Assembly: GCA_050115035.1 (NCBI GenBank)
Contig: JASFRG010000001.1
Coordinates: forward strand, 24,932-88,931
DNA: 64,000 nt
DNA from: Anaerolineales bacterium
GTDB taxonomy: Bacteria; Chloroflexota; Anaerolineae; Anaerolineales; Villigracilaceae
Reading direction: 5' to 3'
Shown: positions 1 through 11,048 of the stretch, piece after piece
How the letters are laid out: each line of letters begins with the position of its first letter
Position numbering within the stretch: position 1 is the first letter of the stretch
The notes under the pieces: generated by a model
Databases searched by the model: none
Told to the model about the DNA's origin: nothing
The model's input: only the letters and a program-made list of their open reading frames with translations
Program-made: the position numbers and the translations under genes

Positions 1-1509
1 CGATATCATGAACTCTTACCGGTTCGCAACCCAAATCCGACCATCAGCTTAGGAGAAGGTGGTACACCTCTTATCCAAGCTGTAAATCTTGGCATGATGC
101 TTGGTTGTTCAAATTTGTATATAAAGGATGAAAGACAAGGGCCAACATCATCGTTTAAAGACCGCCAGGCAGCGGTTACAATCTCTGCATTGAAAGAAGC
201 CGGAATTACCGAATTGGTGGCAGCTTCCACCGGTAATGTAGCCATTTCCTATTCAGCATACGCCGCACGAGCGGGGATTAAGCTTTGGGCGTTTGTTACC
301 AGTCTTGTCCCATCTGTCAAGATGCGCGAAATAGCTCTTTACGGGAGCCAGGTCGTTAAAGTAACTGGCTCTTATGATCAAACAAAACAAATGGCTTCAG
401 AATTCGCCCGCCAGCGTAATTTGTGTCATGATATGGGGGCAAGAACAATCACATCCGTCGAAGCTATGAAAACAATGGCGTATGAGGTAGCTGAACAGTT
501 AACTATTAAACATGGTCCACCCCTTATTAACGGTAATGGAAGCAAACCGATAAAATGGCGTACCCCTGATTGGTACATTCAAGCCGTCAGCGGCGGAATG
601 GGTCCTCTTGGTGTTGCGAAGGGCTTTAGGGAACTGCAACAGATGGGATTTGTTGACAAACTGCCTGCCATTGCAGCGATCCAGGCTGAAGGATGTGCCC
701 CGATGGTACAGAGTTGGCAGCAAGGACTGGAAACTCCAATTACTGTTACCTCCCCGCAGACATATATTGAAACTTTGGCCACTGGCGACCCGGGTAGGAC
801 ATACAAGTTACTCAAACGAGAAGTCGATGAAACTAACGGAATTTTTGAAAGTGTCAGCGACGAAGAAGCCTTTCGCGCTATGCATATTATTGCAAAAATG
901 GAGGGGCTTTCTGTTGAACCTGCCGCCGGTGTGGCATTTGCTGGATTATTTAAACTGGTACGAAATGGAATAATCAAACCCACTGACACAGTTGTGATAA
1001 ATTGCACGGGTCACACCATGCCAGCTGAGCAATGGTTGTTGGGAGAGAATTGGTCTCGTGACATTGAGTTACCTAGTCGAGAGGAAGCTCCTCAACAAGA
1101 TGGTCTATTGGCAGCATTAAACCGCGTTGCTCCGGATCGGTTTCCACGCATTGCCATCGCCGATGATAGCGGTGATGCACGCCGGCTTATTCGTAGAATC
1201 CTACAATCACAAGGGGACTTTACGATCTTCGAAGCCGGAGACGGCAAAGAAGCGCTAACCTTAATCCAAAAAGAAAAACCTGACCTAATTATTCTTGACC
1301 TGATGATGCCAGAAATGGATGGTTTTGCTGTTATTGACAATTTAAAACGTAACCCCGAAACGGCTAATATTCCTGTTATTGTAGCCTCTGCAAAGGAATT
1401 AACCACAAACGAAAAAGCCCGACTGGAAGGACAAATTCAATCTCTAATGCAAAAAGGCGACTTCCTGAACGACGATTTCCTCGGCGAAGTACGTTCCTTG
1501 CTAGATTAG
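1..1509 (+). CDS. PLP-dependent threonine-synthase-like enzyme fused to a C-terminal response-regulator receiver (REC) domain; 5' end lies outside the window
   Basis: Frame 1 is open from nt 1 (RYHELLPVRNPNPTISLGEGGTPLIQ precedes the first listed Met). PLP-lysine motif SSFKDRQA. The last ~125 aa (RIAIADDSGD...PDLIILDLMMPEMDG...PVIVASAK) form a CheY-like receiver. Confidence 0.8.
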   Translation, partial: RYHELLPVRNPNPTISLGEGGTPLIQAVNLGMMLGCSNLYIKDERQGPTSSFKDRQAAVTISALKEAGITELVAASTGNVAISYSAYAARAGIKLWAFVTSLVPSVKMREIALYGSQVVKVTGSYDQTKQMASEFARQRNLCHDMGARTITSVEAMKTMAYEVAEQLTIKHGPPLINGNGSKPIKWRTPDWYIQAVSGGMGPLGVAKGFRELQQMGFVDKLPAIAAIQAEGCAPMVQSWQQGLETPITVTSPQTYIETLATGDPGRTYKLLKREVDETNGIFESVSDEEAFRAMHIIAKMEGLSVEPAAGVAFAGLFKLVRNGIIKPTDTVVINCTGHTMPAEQWLLGENWSRDIELPSREEAPQQDGLLAALNRVAPDRFPRIAIADDSGDARRLIRRILQSQGDFTIFEAGDGKEALTLIQKEKPDLIILDLMMPEMDGFAVIDNLKRNPETANIPVIVASAKELTTNEKARLEGQIQSLMQKGDFLNDDFLGEVRSLLD

Positions 1510-1518
1510 AGTGCAATA

Positions 1519-2448
1519 ATGTTAGAGCGAAAAGCGGGGGTTCGTGCGGCACTGTTGTCAGCTGGATTTTTTGGACTGACACCAATATTTGGAAAATTAG
1601 CGGTAAATTTTGGCATATCACCTCTTGCAGTTGTCGGATTCCGCACGGTCATGGCAACTTTGTTATTGTTTATTCTTACTGTAATCATTAACAAAAAATA
1701 TTTATACATTTATCCAGCCGGCTTGATTGGATGTGGCCTTGCAGGTCTCCTAAATGGAGTTGGATCTATATTTTATTATGCAGCGCTGGATAGAATAAGT
1801 GCAGGGGTTGGGCAACTTTTATACTCTTTATACCCTCTATTTGTTGCCATTCTATTGTTCTTTGACTCCCAACCGCCAAGTCGATTAACTGTTTTCAGAA
1901 TTATCCTGGCTACGATCGCTATCGTATTCCTTACGAATGCATCCACGGGGACGATCGATATCATTGGCGTTATTCAAATGTTAATTGCCTCTGTGCTGTA
2001 TGCGGCACATTTGCCTGTTAATCAACGTGTTTTATACGATATTCCTGCACCGACAGTTACACTTTACACTTTGTTATCCATGAGTCTAGTTGTATTCCCA
2101 ACATTCTTAATCTTCGATCGTACAGTTCCTGAACCAGGTACTTGGTGGCCGATATTAGGTCTTACACTGGTCACGTTTTTAGCACGATTAACATTGTTTT
2201 TTGGAGTTAAGCATCTTGGTGGCATGCAAACAGCTTTACTTGGCTTATTGGAGCTATTAGTAACCTTGGGTTTAAGCATCATTTGGTTAAAGGAATCCCT
2301 GACGAACTCACAATGGCTCGGTGCTGCAATCCTATGCGCGAGCACCTTATTGGTTTATTTTGAAAAACCTCCGACAGCTCGAAAACCAAGCCAGGGGGGG
2401 TGGTTGGGATGGCTTACTCCTCCCCAACCTCCTGAACTGCGCCATTAA
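1519..2448 (+). CDS. EamA/DMT-family permease
   Basis: 309 aa, almost entirely hydrophobic, about 10 TM segments in two similar halves. Starts 9 nt after the upstream stop. Confidence 0.75.
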   Translation: MLERKAGVRAALLSAGFFGLTPIFGKLAVNFGISPLAVVGFRTVMATLLLFILTVIINKKYLYIYPAGLIGCGLAGLLNGVGSIFYYAALDRISAGVGQLLYSLYPLFVAILLFFDSQPPSRLTVFRIILATIAIVFLTNASTGTIDIIGVIQMLIASVLYAAHLPVNQRVLYDIPAPTVTLYTLLSMSLVVFPTFLIFDRTVPEPGTWWPILGLTLVTFLARLTLFFGVKHLGGMQTALLGLLELLVTLGLSIIWLKESLTNSQWLGAAILCASTLLVYFEKPPTARKPSQGGWLGWLTPPQPPELRH

Positions 2449-2452
2449 GGTG

Positions 2453-3205
2453 TTATTTATCATCTGTTTTCTTTTTCCCTTCGTAAACATATCCTGTACC
2501 CCTTATACTGACTATATGATCAGCCAAGGAAGGAAATTCCGCAAGCTTATGGCGAAGACGACTCACAAGGGGACGTAAAATTTCAGGTGCTTCACGCTGT
2601 GACGTATCATAACCCTGAACTAACAGCACTAACTCTCTATGAGCAAACACCTTACCCTCATTAGCCAATAATACTCGTAGCAACCTACCCTCGGCTGGAG
2701 TCAGATTGACCATTTTATTGTTTTGTTTGATTTGACGCCTTGAAAGATCGATTTCTGTTCCGTCATCTAATGTAACCGTATCGAGCAAATCACCAGTATC
2801 ATGACCATCTACCCCACTGCCTTTAGCTTGCATTCGGGCAGCGCGACGATCAAGCCCTTTCTTAACACTGGCTACTATTTGCGCAGGAGGAGCTGGTTTT
2901 TGCAGGTAATCATGAATGCGCAACCGTAAAGCCTGTATCGCGGTTTCTGTCGATGCAAAAGCAGTCAACAAGATTATCTCTGTATCAGGAGCAAGTTGAT
3001 TGACAACCTGAACTACTTCCAGGCCATCCATACCCGGCATGCGTAAATCTACAACCATCAAATCAATGTGATGAGTGCGGACATGTTCAACAGCTGCCTG
3101 CCCATTGGGAACAGATGCAACTGAATGGCCTTCGAGACGCAATATATCTGTCAACGATTTTCGGGCTACAGGTTCATCGTCAACGATAAGAATACTGGAC
3201 TTCAT
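2453..3205 (-). CDS. OmpR/PhoB-type response regulator (REC + winged helix)
   Basis: ILIVDDEP...DLMVVDLRMPGMDG...LLTAF receiver. C-terminal LTPAEGRLL...IVSIRGTGYVY DNA-binding domain. Confidence 0.9.
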   Translation of the reverse strand: MKSSILIVDDEPVARKSLTDILRLEGHSVASVPNGQAAVEHVRTHHIDLMVVDLRMPGMDGLEVVQVVNQLAPDTEIILLTAFASTETAIQALRLRIHDYLQKPAPPAQIVASVKKGLDRRAARMQAKGSGVDGHDTGDLLDTVTLDDGTEIDLSRRQIKQNNKMVNLTPAEGRLLRVLLANEGKVFAHRELVLLVQGYDTSQREAPEILRPLVSRLRHKLAEFPSLADHIVSIRGTGYVYEGKKKTDDK

Positions 3206-4788
3206 TTTTTTCCTCCGATCGGTAAGTAAATACGGAAGCAGGCTCCGGGTCCGTTGTTCGAAGCGAGTTCAAGAGTTCCGCCATGCGCAGTAACAATATT
3301 GTAACTGACTGTCAGTCCCAATCCAGTACCACCATCCTTAGTACTGAAAAATGGCTCAAAGATGTGTTGCTGCCGTTCGTCAGGAATACCAGGTCCACTG
3401 TCCTGAAGCAGAATCTCCACTCCTTTTTTAACAACATGTGTTTGAATGAATAATTCGCCTCCATCTGGCATAGCATCAAATGAATTCAAAATCAAGTTGA
3501 TTAATACCTGTTGGATTTGACTGCCAACGGCTGTGACAGCCGGCAAGTTTTCTTGTATGTCCGTTCTTACAAGTATGTTTTGTTTTTCGAGCTGTTTCGA
3601 CATCAAATTAATAACGTAGTTCAGTAGCTCATGCAAATCTACTTCCGCTGGCGAAACAGCACCGGGACGATAAAAGTCGAGCATACGCTGCACTGTGGAC
3701 ATTAATCGTTCCAGTTCCTTTTTGGCAAGTTCGAAATATTCTTCTCGCTGTTCTTCGCTCAGGTCCTTTCGGCCAGCAAGATGCAAACAATTTTGCACCG
3801 ATTGTAATGGGTTGTTCACTTCATGTGCTATCGATACAGAAAGACGACCAGCCGTTGCCATTTTTTCGGCTTGTAAAAGGGCCTGCTGAGATTCTTCTAC
3901 TTGTTTGACATACTCTCGCAGTTCTGCGTACAGACGCGCGTTTTCAATTGCGACCGCAGCCTGATTAGAAAGGATCAGGAACATTTCCAAATCTGCTTCC
4001 CGAAATGGGGATTCATCCTTATTCCGGCCGACAAAAAACAGACTATGGGTTTTAAGACGCCTGACTGGAGTAAACATTGCAGCACCCAAATCCAATCTTT
4101 GCAACTGAGTTTGAAAATCCTTCGATCCCGGACCGCTAATGTTTATCATGAGCGAAGAATCATGCGCCTCCATTTTATTCAAGAAATTCTGATCTGCTTT
4201 ATTCCTGGAAGGGTCTGGAACTTTTCCGCTTCCAGACATTAATTGGAACTCACTTTCATCTTCCACATGGTAATACCCGACATGAGAGCATCGTAGATGC
4301 CCTTGAAACGCATTTTTTATCAATTCCAACAACTGGTCTGGACGAGTCTCGGAGAGCAGAGATTCGGTCACGCTGAACAAAGGGCGTAAAGCTTGGATTC
4401 GAGCAGCATCGCGTTTTCGCTCGCTATCGAGCAGGGCCTGTTTGACTGAATCAACAAGCTCAGAACCCTGTTCGAAGGGCTTCAACAATAACCCATCCAC
4501 CCCTTGACGCAAGGCTTGGATCGCCGTTTCTACCGTACCAAAACCGGTCATCACAAGGACAGCGATATCTGGCTGAAGTTTTTTAGCCTGATGGATAACT
4601 TCAAAACCATCCATATCCGGCATGCGAATGTCAACCAGGAGCAAATCAACGGAATTTGCATGCAGATGGTCAAAGGCTGGTAAAGCCTCCGTAAAGGCAA
4701 CAACTTCGTATCCTGCGCGCTTTAGTAATCGGCTGCAAAGCAATGTGATACCGGGTTCATCATCGAGAACTAGAATTTTTTCATCCAT
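3202..4788 (-). CDS. Hybrid sensor kinase: N-terminal REC, GAF-like region, HisKA/HATPase
   Basis: ILVLDDEP...DLLLVDIRMPDMDG. H-box SIAHEVNNPLQS. ATPase boxes LILNSFDAM, DSGPGIP, GGTGLGL. 4-nt overlap with the downstream regulator. Confidence 0.9.
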   Translation of the reverse strand: MDEKILVLDDEPGITLLCSRLLKRAGYEVVAFTEALPAFDHLHANSVDLLLVDIRMPDMDGFEVIHQAKKLQPDIAVLVMTGFGTVETAIQALRQGVDGLLLKPFEQGSELVDSVKQALLDSERKRDAARIQALRPLFSVTESLLSETRPDQLLELIKNAFQGHLRCSHVGYYHVEDESEFQLMSGSGKVPDPSRNKADQNFLNKMEAHDSSLMINISGPGSKDFQTQLQRLDLGAAMFTPVRRLKTHSLFFVGRNKDESPFREADLEMFLILSNQAAVAIENARLYAELREYVKQVEESQQALLQAEKMATAGRLSVSIAHEVNNPLQSVQNCLHLAGRKDLSEEQREEYFELAKKELERLMSTVQRMLDFYRPGAVSPAEVDLHELLNYVINLMSKQLEKQNILVRTDIQENLPAVTAVGSQIQQVLINLILNSFDAMPDGGELFIQTHVVKKGVEILLQDSGPGIPDERQQHIFEPFFSTKDGGTGLGLTVSYNIVTAHGGTLELASNNGPGACFRIYLPIGGKK

Positions 4789-4794
4789 AAGGTT

Positions 4795-7428
4795 TTAATA
4801 TGGTAACCAAACCGTAAAAGTTGTTCCCTGACCCACTTCACTCTCAACTTCAATCTCACCACCGTGGTCGGAAACGATCCCATAGGTGACTGACAATCCC
4901 AGTCCAGTGCCTCCCTGACTGGATTTGGTTGTAAAAAACGGTTCAAATATTCGCTCCTGGTGCTCCGGAGTAATTCCAGAGCCAGTATCTTGTATGGAAG
5001 CCGTCACCCACTTTCGACTATGACGCTGACGAGCAGCGGAACGAATGAAAAGCTGACCGCCCGTTGGCATGGCTTGCAAGGCATTGTGGAACAAGTTTAA
5101 AAAGACTTGTTTCATCTGGTTTCGATCCACCGACACCCAGGGCAGGTTCTTGCTGAGTGCGACATCCAAATGTACACCACTAGTGTGCATCAAATGACTG
5201 GTTAATGAAAGGACATCATCCAGCAATTCATTCAAATCCACACGGGTGCGTTCACTTTCACTGCGCCTGGAAAAATCCAAAAGGCGTCGGACAACGTCGC
5301 GAGCACGACGAGCCTCGCGAAGAACCAATTCAAGGTCCGGACGGTTCTCCTCGGTATCAGACATCTCATTTAGGACAAGTTCCGTAAAACCCGTGACAGT
5401 GGTCAAGGGATTGTTTAATTCATGGGCAATCCCTGCTGCCATTTCACCAACAGCAGCAAGTTTTTCGGCTTGAATTAATCGACGCTCTGCATCCAACTGC
5501 GCTTCGATTCTGGTCTGTAACTCTTGTTGTGTTTGCTGCAACTGATGGACAGTTGCCTGTGAGCGTTGATATTGATCAGCATTGGAAATCACGCTCGACA
5601 AAATGCCAGCCAGTGATTCCAAAGCCATAAAATCATTCTGCCCAAAGGCATTTTTTGAGCTACTTTCAATATCCATCAATCCCATCACACGTCCGCCATC
5701 CTTTAGAGGAACACACAGTTCTGAACCTGCATCCCAACCTTCAATTGAGCGATATAGCGGAGACTGACTAACATCGTTAACCAGCATACTCTCACCAGTT
5801 ACTAAAACCTGGCGTGTGATTCCGCCTCGCTCACTGTCAACCAAGTAGGAAAACTCGGAAAGAAGAGAGTCGGAAGCTGGCGCGCGCGTTCCACCCGCAC
5901 CACAAACCGTAGCCTGTTTTTCCTCATCAACCAAGAGAATCACAGCAAACTCATAACCAAAATACTGAACCAATAGTTCGGCAGTAATTTGCACAACTTC
6001 CTGCTTATCCAGTAAGCCAATTACCTCTTGCACTACCTCATGAATCAAACCCAGATTTCTCGCACGTGCCTCTGCTTCTTCGCGCAAACGGCTATACTCC
6101 AGCAATCCTGCCAGGTGCCCCGCAATAACCGTAATCAAATGCGTGTCGTAAACCGAAAAGTCTTCAGCCCGCGATTTCTCCAACGTCAGTAGGCCATTGG
6201 TCCTTCCACGATAGCGAAGTGGCACCAGCATAATTTCCTGTGCCTTTTCCGATCCAAAAAGAGTCTCTATATTCACACCGCGATTTAGACGCGTAATATG
6301 TCCTCCCTTGAACAATTCTGCCATTGGGTGTCCTGCAAGGCCAGCGGTGTTCACCGCGACCTTCCCGCCATCATTTCGATATTCTCGCACCATCCGTTCA
6401 TCGGTGGACATCAGATACAAACTGCTTATTTCTGTCATGAAGGCACGCGCCAACAAGGCAAAAACACGTCGGGCAATCTGGTCAATATTCTGCCCCGATG
6501 ACACGGTCAAAACGAAATCGTTGAGCATTGCCAAGCGTCGCAAATGTCCACTGAGTTCCGTGAAAGTTATGATCACTTCAACCGACGGAGAAGAACGCCC
6601 AACCAACGTTACAAGCTGCTTCCATTCCTGTTCAGTAAACGCTCGTAACCGCCATAGTGCCACCATACCTATCAGGCGTTGGCCAACAACCAACGGCACA
6701 CATCCCCAAGCGCCTGTTGTCGATTTGATCCCGATCTGGGGAATCTCTGACCAGCCTTCCTCGTTTCGTTCGAAGCGTATCCCAGTATGTGTTTGTCCAA
6801 TCTCGCGCAGTACGTCATTGGCTTCAATTTCTAGAGAAACGCCTTTACATTGTGGAGTCCGCCATTGTGCTTGAATTTCCAAAACATCACCGCGCCGTAC
6901 GGCCAGCCACGCCCCCTGGCAGGGAACCTGCTGCGCAATAGTTGCGATCATCTTATCTAAGGCGACCGGAAGATCAAAGGGAACGCCTTCCTGAATAGCC
7001 GGGACAAGCGTATCCGAAACCACAGGTGATACCTCGGGCTCTTCCGCATCATCCTTTGACAATGTGCTTGCTACCAGTTTCCAGACACGCTGCGCCACCC
7101 CAACTTGTTTTCGTTTTTCTCCACCAACCAGAAGGACACCTGAACTGCCCTCAATTGGATAGGCATACAAACGTTCACAGCCGATATCGATCCCATCCGG
7201 CACCGTGCGCGAACGGCTGGAACGACTCCCTAATGCGCCGCATAACCAGGAATCAACCGTGGATTGGCCCAAATATTCGATAAGGGTAGCCGACCGCTTC
7301 TTTGTCAAGCGATAGGAATCTTGGAACCTCCACTGCCCCACCTGACGCTCCAAATGCACGACCCATGATGCATCAGCAATTTTGGTCGCTTCTTTCAGTC
7401 GATAGCTGGTACCATTATTATTTGACAT
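4795..7428 (-). CDS. Multi-GAF sensor histidine kinase
   Basis: H-box GIAHELNNPLTT; HATPase LFHNALQAM, DTGSGI, GGTGLGL; several GAF-like repeats upstream. The ORF is open to 7482, but that start would overlap the divergent trmFO start, so I chose ATG 7428 (MSNNNGTSYR). Confidence 0.85.
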   Translation of the reverse strand: MSNNNGTSYRLKEATKIADASWVVHLERQVGQWRFQDSYRLTKKRSATLIEYLGQSTVDSWLCGALGSRSSRSRTVPDGIDIGCERLYAYPIEGSSGVLLVGGEKRKQVGVAQRVWKLVASTLSKDDAEEPEVSPVVSDTLVPAIQEGVPFDLPVALDKMIATIAQQVPCQGAWLAVRRGDVLEIQAQWRTPQCKGVSLEIEANDVLREIGQTHTGIRFERNEEGWSEIPQIGIKSTTGAWGCVPLVVGQRLIGMVALWRLRAFTEQEWKQLVTLVGRSSPSVEVIITFTELSGHLRRLAMLNDFVLTVSSGQNIDQIARRVFALLARAFMTEISSLYLMSTDERMVREYRNDGGKVAVNTAGLAGHPMAELFKGGHITRLNRGVNIETLFGSEKAQEIMLVPLRYRGRTNGLLTLEKSRAEDFSVYDTHLITVIAGHLAGLLEYSRLREEAEARARNLGLIHEVVQEVIGLLDKQEVVQITAELLVQYFGYEFAVILLVDEEKQATVCGAGGTRAPASDSLLSEFSYLVDSERGGITRQVLVTGESMLVNDVSQSPLYRSIEGWDAGSELCVPLKDGGRVMGLMDIESSSKNAFGQNDFMALESLAGILSSVISNADQYQRSQATVHQLQQTQQELQTRIEAQLDAERRLIQAEKLAAVGEMAAGIAHELNNPLTTVTGFTELVLNEMSDTEENRPDLELVLREARRARDVVRRLLDFSRRSESERTRVDLNELLDDVLSLTSHLMHTSGVHLDVALSKNLPWVSVDRNQMKQVFLNLFHNALQAMPTGGQLFIRSAARQRHSRKWVTASIQDTGSGITPEHQERIFEPFFTTKSSQGGTGLGLSVTYGIVSDHGGEIEVESEVGQGTTFTVWLPY

Positions 7429-7494
7429 CGAATTATAGACAATATTATACAGCACGAGTCTATAGGATTGTGAATGGTACAATTGCTCCGTTTT

Positions 7495-8853
7495 ATGGAT
7501 AACAAGCTAACAATCATCGGTGGCGGATTAGCCGGTAGCGAAGCAGCCTGGCAGGCAGCACAAGCAGGCATTAATGTTAAACTATACGAAATGCGCCCCG
7601 AATTTACTACAGGTGCACATCAAACCAGTGATTTAGCCGAGCTGGTCTGTTCAAATTCACTTGGCTCAAACCTACCGGACCGTGCATCAGGTGTACTTAA
7701 AACTGAGTTGCGCCGCTTGGGCTCTATGCTGCTTGAATGCGCTGAAGCCACCTCCCTGCCCGCAGGTGCGGCTCTGGCTGTTGACCGAAATCTGTTCGCG
7801 CGCGCGGTTACCGAGCTCATCCAGAACCACCCGTTAATAGAAATAGTCCGCGAGGAAGTTAAATCCATCCCTGATTCAGCAACGATCATCGCATCCGGGC
7901 CGTTAACATCGCCTGACCTGACAAAAGCGCTGGCAAAACTGAGCGGAGAAGAGCATTTATATTTCTTCGATGCAATTGCCCCAATTGTCAATTTCGACTC
8001 CATCAACATGGAAATCGCTTTTCGTGCCTCACGTTATGGCAAAGGAGAACAGGACCAAGGCGATTACATTAACTGCCCTTTCACGAAAGAAGAGTACGAA
8101 GCATTTGTAAATGCACTACTCGAAGCTGAACGCATCGAATTACGCTCATTTGAAGATGCGATCCGTGAAGGTGTAAAAGCCGGGGCACACCATTTTTTCG
8201 AGGGCTGCCTGCCTGTTGAGATCATCGCCGAACGCGGACAAAAATCGCTGGCTTTTGGTCCGATGCGCCCTGTCGGCCTAACAGACCCTCGCACCGGACG
8301 CCGCCCGTATGCGGTTGTGCAATTGCGACAGGATAACCTGGCTGGCAACTTGTACAATCTAGTTGGCTTCCAGACCAATCTTAGATTTCCCGAACAACGG
8401 CGTGTACTGCGCATGATTCCCGGGTTGGAAAATGCCGAGTTCGAACGTTATGGACAGATGCACCGCAACACTTTCCTCGCCAGTCCCAAATTGTTGCGGC
8501 CAACACTTCAGCACAAAACCTGCGATGATCTGTTCTTCGCTGGGCAGATTACTGGCGTCGAGGGGTATATGGGTAATATCGCCACAGGTCTGCTGGCGGG
8601 CGTCAATGCTGCTCATCAGATCAAGGCACAGACATTGCTGACTTTGCCTGAAACAACCATGCTGGGCGCACTCTGTCATTATGTCACCCACGCCGATATG
8701 GCAGATTTTCAACCCATGAAAGCCAATTTCGGTATTCTACCTCCTTTAGAATACACGGGCAAAAAGATGGGCAAACGCGAGCGCGGACAGGCACATGCCG
8801 CACGCGCAATCTCCGATTTGGAACATTATCTCTCCCCACAGAAAATTAAATGA
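7495..8853 (+). CDS. trmFO: Methylenetetrahydrofolate-tRNA-(uracil-5)-methyltransferase TrmFO
   Basis: [21 protein letters not shown]-binding motif, [19 protein letters not shown]. Length is typical of Gid/TrmFO. Confidence 0.9.
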   Translation: MDNKLTIIGGGLAGSEAAWQAAQAGINVKLYEMRPEFTTGAHQTSDLAELVCSNSLGSNLPDRASGVLKTELRRLGSMLLECAEATSLPAGAALAVDRNLFARAVTELIQNHPLIEIVREEVKSIPDSATIIASGPLTSPDLTKALAKLSGEEHLYFFDAIAPIVNFDSINMEIAFRASRYGKGEQDQGDYINCPFTKEEYEAFVNALLEAERIELRSFEDAIREGVKAGAHHFFEGCLPVEIIAERGQKSLAFGPMRPVGLTDPRTGRRPYAVVQLRQDNLAGNLYNLVGFQTNLRFPEQRRVLRMIPGLENAEFERYGQMHRNTFLASPKLLRPTLQHKTCDDLFFAGQITGVEGYMGNIATGLLAGVNAAHQIKAQTLLTLPETTMLGALCHYVTHADMADFQPMKANFGILPPLEYTGKKMGKRERGQAHAARAISDLEHYLSPQKIK

Positions 8854-9752
8854 CAAAAAAACGGATCGCAATCTATTTGGTTGGTATCGGCATCTTGCTG
8901 GTTATTATCGCAGCCTGGTATGCCTTTGCATTTCTTAATCCTCCCGAACCTGACATTTTTGACGGGCAACGCGCCCTGGCGGATGTCGAAACGCAGGTTG
9001 CTTTCGGCCCGCGAATACCAGGGGCCAGCGGACATGCCCAAACTCAGGAGTGGATGCGGGCGGAATTGGCGGACGCAGGCTGGGAGTCAAGAGTCCAACT
9101 TGCAGAAAAGCTTGGGCATCCTATTGAAAACATCGTTGCGTATCGAGGGAATGATGCGCCCAAAATCATCCTCGGAGCGCACTATGACACACGCATGGTC
9201 GCTGACGAAGATCCTGATCCTGCAAAACAATTGGATCCGGTACCCGGTGCAAATGACGGCGCCTCGGGGGTAGCAGTTCTGTTGGAGTTAGCACGGGTAT
9301 TACCTGAAAACAGCCTTCCTGTCTGGCTGGTCTTTTTTGATACCGAAGACAATGGCCGCATCGAAGGCTGGGATTGGATCCTTGGTTCGCAAGCCTTTGT
9401 GGAAGAGCTGGATTATCACCCGGAGGCAGTTGTCATCGTGGATATGATCGGTGACGCTGACCAGAATATCTATATCGAGCGGAATTCCAATCCTGCGCTG
9501 GTCAATGAAATCTGGGGGATTGCGGCTGAGTTAGGATACCAAGAGTCATTTATCGCCACAGCAAAGTACTCGATGCTGGATGACCACACACCTTTTTTAC
9601 AGGCGGGTATTCCCGCTGTTGACATCATCGACTTCGATTATCCTTATTGGCATACAACTGAGGATGTTGTCGATAAAGTCTCGGCGGAAAGTTTGGAAGC
9701 AGTCGGCAGAACATTGCAAGAGTGGATATCTCAACGCTCAGAGGTTCCATAA
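8850..9752 (+). CDS. M28-family metallopeptidase / glutaminyl-cyclase-like protein, membrane anchored
   Basis: N-terminal TM helix. HYDTR...[19 protein letters not shown]...FFDTEDNG zinc-ligand pattern. ATGA overlap with the trmFO stop. Confidence 0.8.
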   Translation: MTKKRIAIYLVGIGILLVIIAAWYAFAFLNPPEPDIFDGQRALADVETQVAFGPRIPGASGHAQTQEWMRAELADAGWESRVQLAEKLGHPIENIVAYRGNDAPKIILGAHYDTRMVADEDPDPAKQLDPVPGANDGASGVAVLLELARVLPENSLPVWLVFFDTEDNGRIEGWDWILGSQAFVEELDYHPEAVVIVDMIGDADQNIYIERNSNPALVNEIWGIAAELGYQESFIATAKYSMLDDHTPFLQAGIPAVDIIDFDYPYWHTTEDVVDKVSAESLEAVGRTLQEWISQRSEVP

Positions 9753-9812
9753 TTTCGTTGATAGATGCCAAGCAGTTTGCCAAAATTCCTGAGAAAGCGT
9801 AAACTATAGCCC

Positions 9813-11048
9813 ATGGGCGCTCAAGAATTACTGGCAAAAATTCGATCTGTTTGGCTACACCGTGTAGCCCATACAATGGCTCGTGGTGAAGATGTGCGTA
9901 CCAACTTCCAGAAGGAATTGGAACAATTCTTCTCTCTCATGGAGCAGGCTGTCGCAACCGGCGATCCGGGCTGGGTCGATCCGATCCTGGATGAATGGGC
10001 TGGTTCGCCAACTGAGACTGAACTGGAAGAAGGGAAAAATAATGTCACCCTGCTTCTAGGCAAAATGATTGCCCTGACTAACGAAGTAGCGCGTGAAAAC
10101 CTGACAGAACACGAAGCGCTAAATTTGCTGACAGAATTGATCCCAGTTTATACGCATTTGTTGGACAAAGCCGCGCGCTTAGAAATGGAAACCCGCATCT
10201 CTTACGTGGAAAAGGAACTGTTCGAAGTTCAACAGCAGCTTGAGAAACTCGACCGCACCAAATCCAACTTCATATCGGTGGCTGCACATGAGCTGAAAAC
10301 CCCGCTCACATTAATTGAAGGCTATACCACCATGATGCGGGATATGATTGATGCTTCCGGTCAGAATCAATTCGACAGTTTGCTGGACGGTATGAACAAG
10401 GGAGTCCATCGCCTGCATGCAATCATCGATGATATGATCGATGTATCCCTGATTGATAACAATCTGCTCTCTCTTAATTTCCAGAAGGTCACGTTGCTGC
10501 ACATTTTTAATCTGCTTGAGGGAGAACTGGAAAAATCAGTGTCGGACCGAAAGCAAAGGCTAAAAATTAAGCGGTTCAAGGGCATCAGCACCTGGATTTA
10601 CGCCGATTCGGAACGCCTGTACCAAGCCTTGAATAATGTACTCGCCAATGCCATCAAGTTCACCCCCGATAATGGCAAGATCGAAGTAGACGGACGTATT
10701 TTGCCCGGTTTTATCGAGATCACTGTCTGTGATACAGGGATCGGTGTTGCGCCAGAGAATTACACAGCCATCTTCGAAAAATTTGCACAACTTGGCAGGC
10801 CGAACTTGCACTCCAGCGGTAAGATCAAGTTCAAAGGTGGCGGTCCCGGGCTGGGTCTCTCCATCTCGCGCGGAATCATCGAGGCGCACGGAGGCACGAT
10901 TTGGGTAGAATCCGAAGGCTATGATGAAAAGAATTTTCCCGGCTCGACATTCCATATTTTGATACCCATCCGTACCGAAGCCGCTGATCCAAAAATCGAA
11001 AAACTCTTTCCAAAAGTGACAAAGGACAAAGAAGAATTGCATGGCTAA
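9813..11048 (+). CDS. Sensor histidine kinase
   Basis: H-box SVAAHELKTPLT; N box NVLANAIKFT; DTGIGV; GGPGLGLSI. Confidence 0.9.
   Translation: MGAQELLAKIRSVWLHRVAHTMARGEDVRTNFQKELEQFFSLMEQAVATGDPGWVDPILDEWAGSPTETELEEGKNNVTLLLGKMIALTNEVARENLTEHEALNLLTELIPVYTHLLDKAARLEMETRISYVEKELFEVQQQLEKLDRTKSNFISVAAHELKTPLTLIEGYTTMMRDMIDASGQNQFDSLLDGMNKGVHRLHAIIDDMIDVSLIDNNLLSLNFQKVTLLHIFNLLEGELEKSVSDRKQRLKIKRFKGISTWIYADSERLYQALNNVLANAIKFTPDNGKIEVDGRILPGFIEITVCDTGIGVAPENYTAIFEKFAQLGRPNLHSSGKIKFKGGGPGLGLSISRGIIEAHGGTIWVESEGYDEKNFPGSTFHILIPIRTEAADPKIEKLFPKVTKDKEELHG

Noticed and set aside
7474-7482. Apparent 9-nt overlap of divergent start codons (kinase versus trmFO)
   Set aside because: Internal starts (ATG 7428 and ATG 7495) give typical N-termini and leave a 66-nt divergent promoter region.
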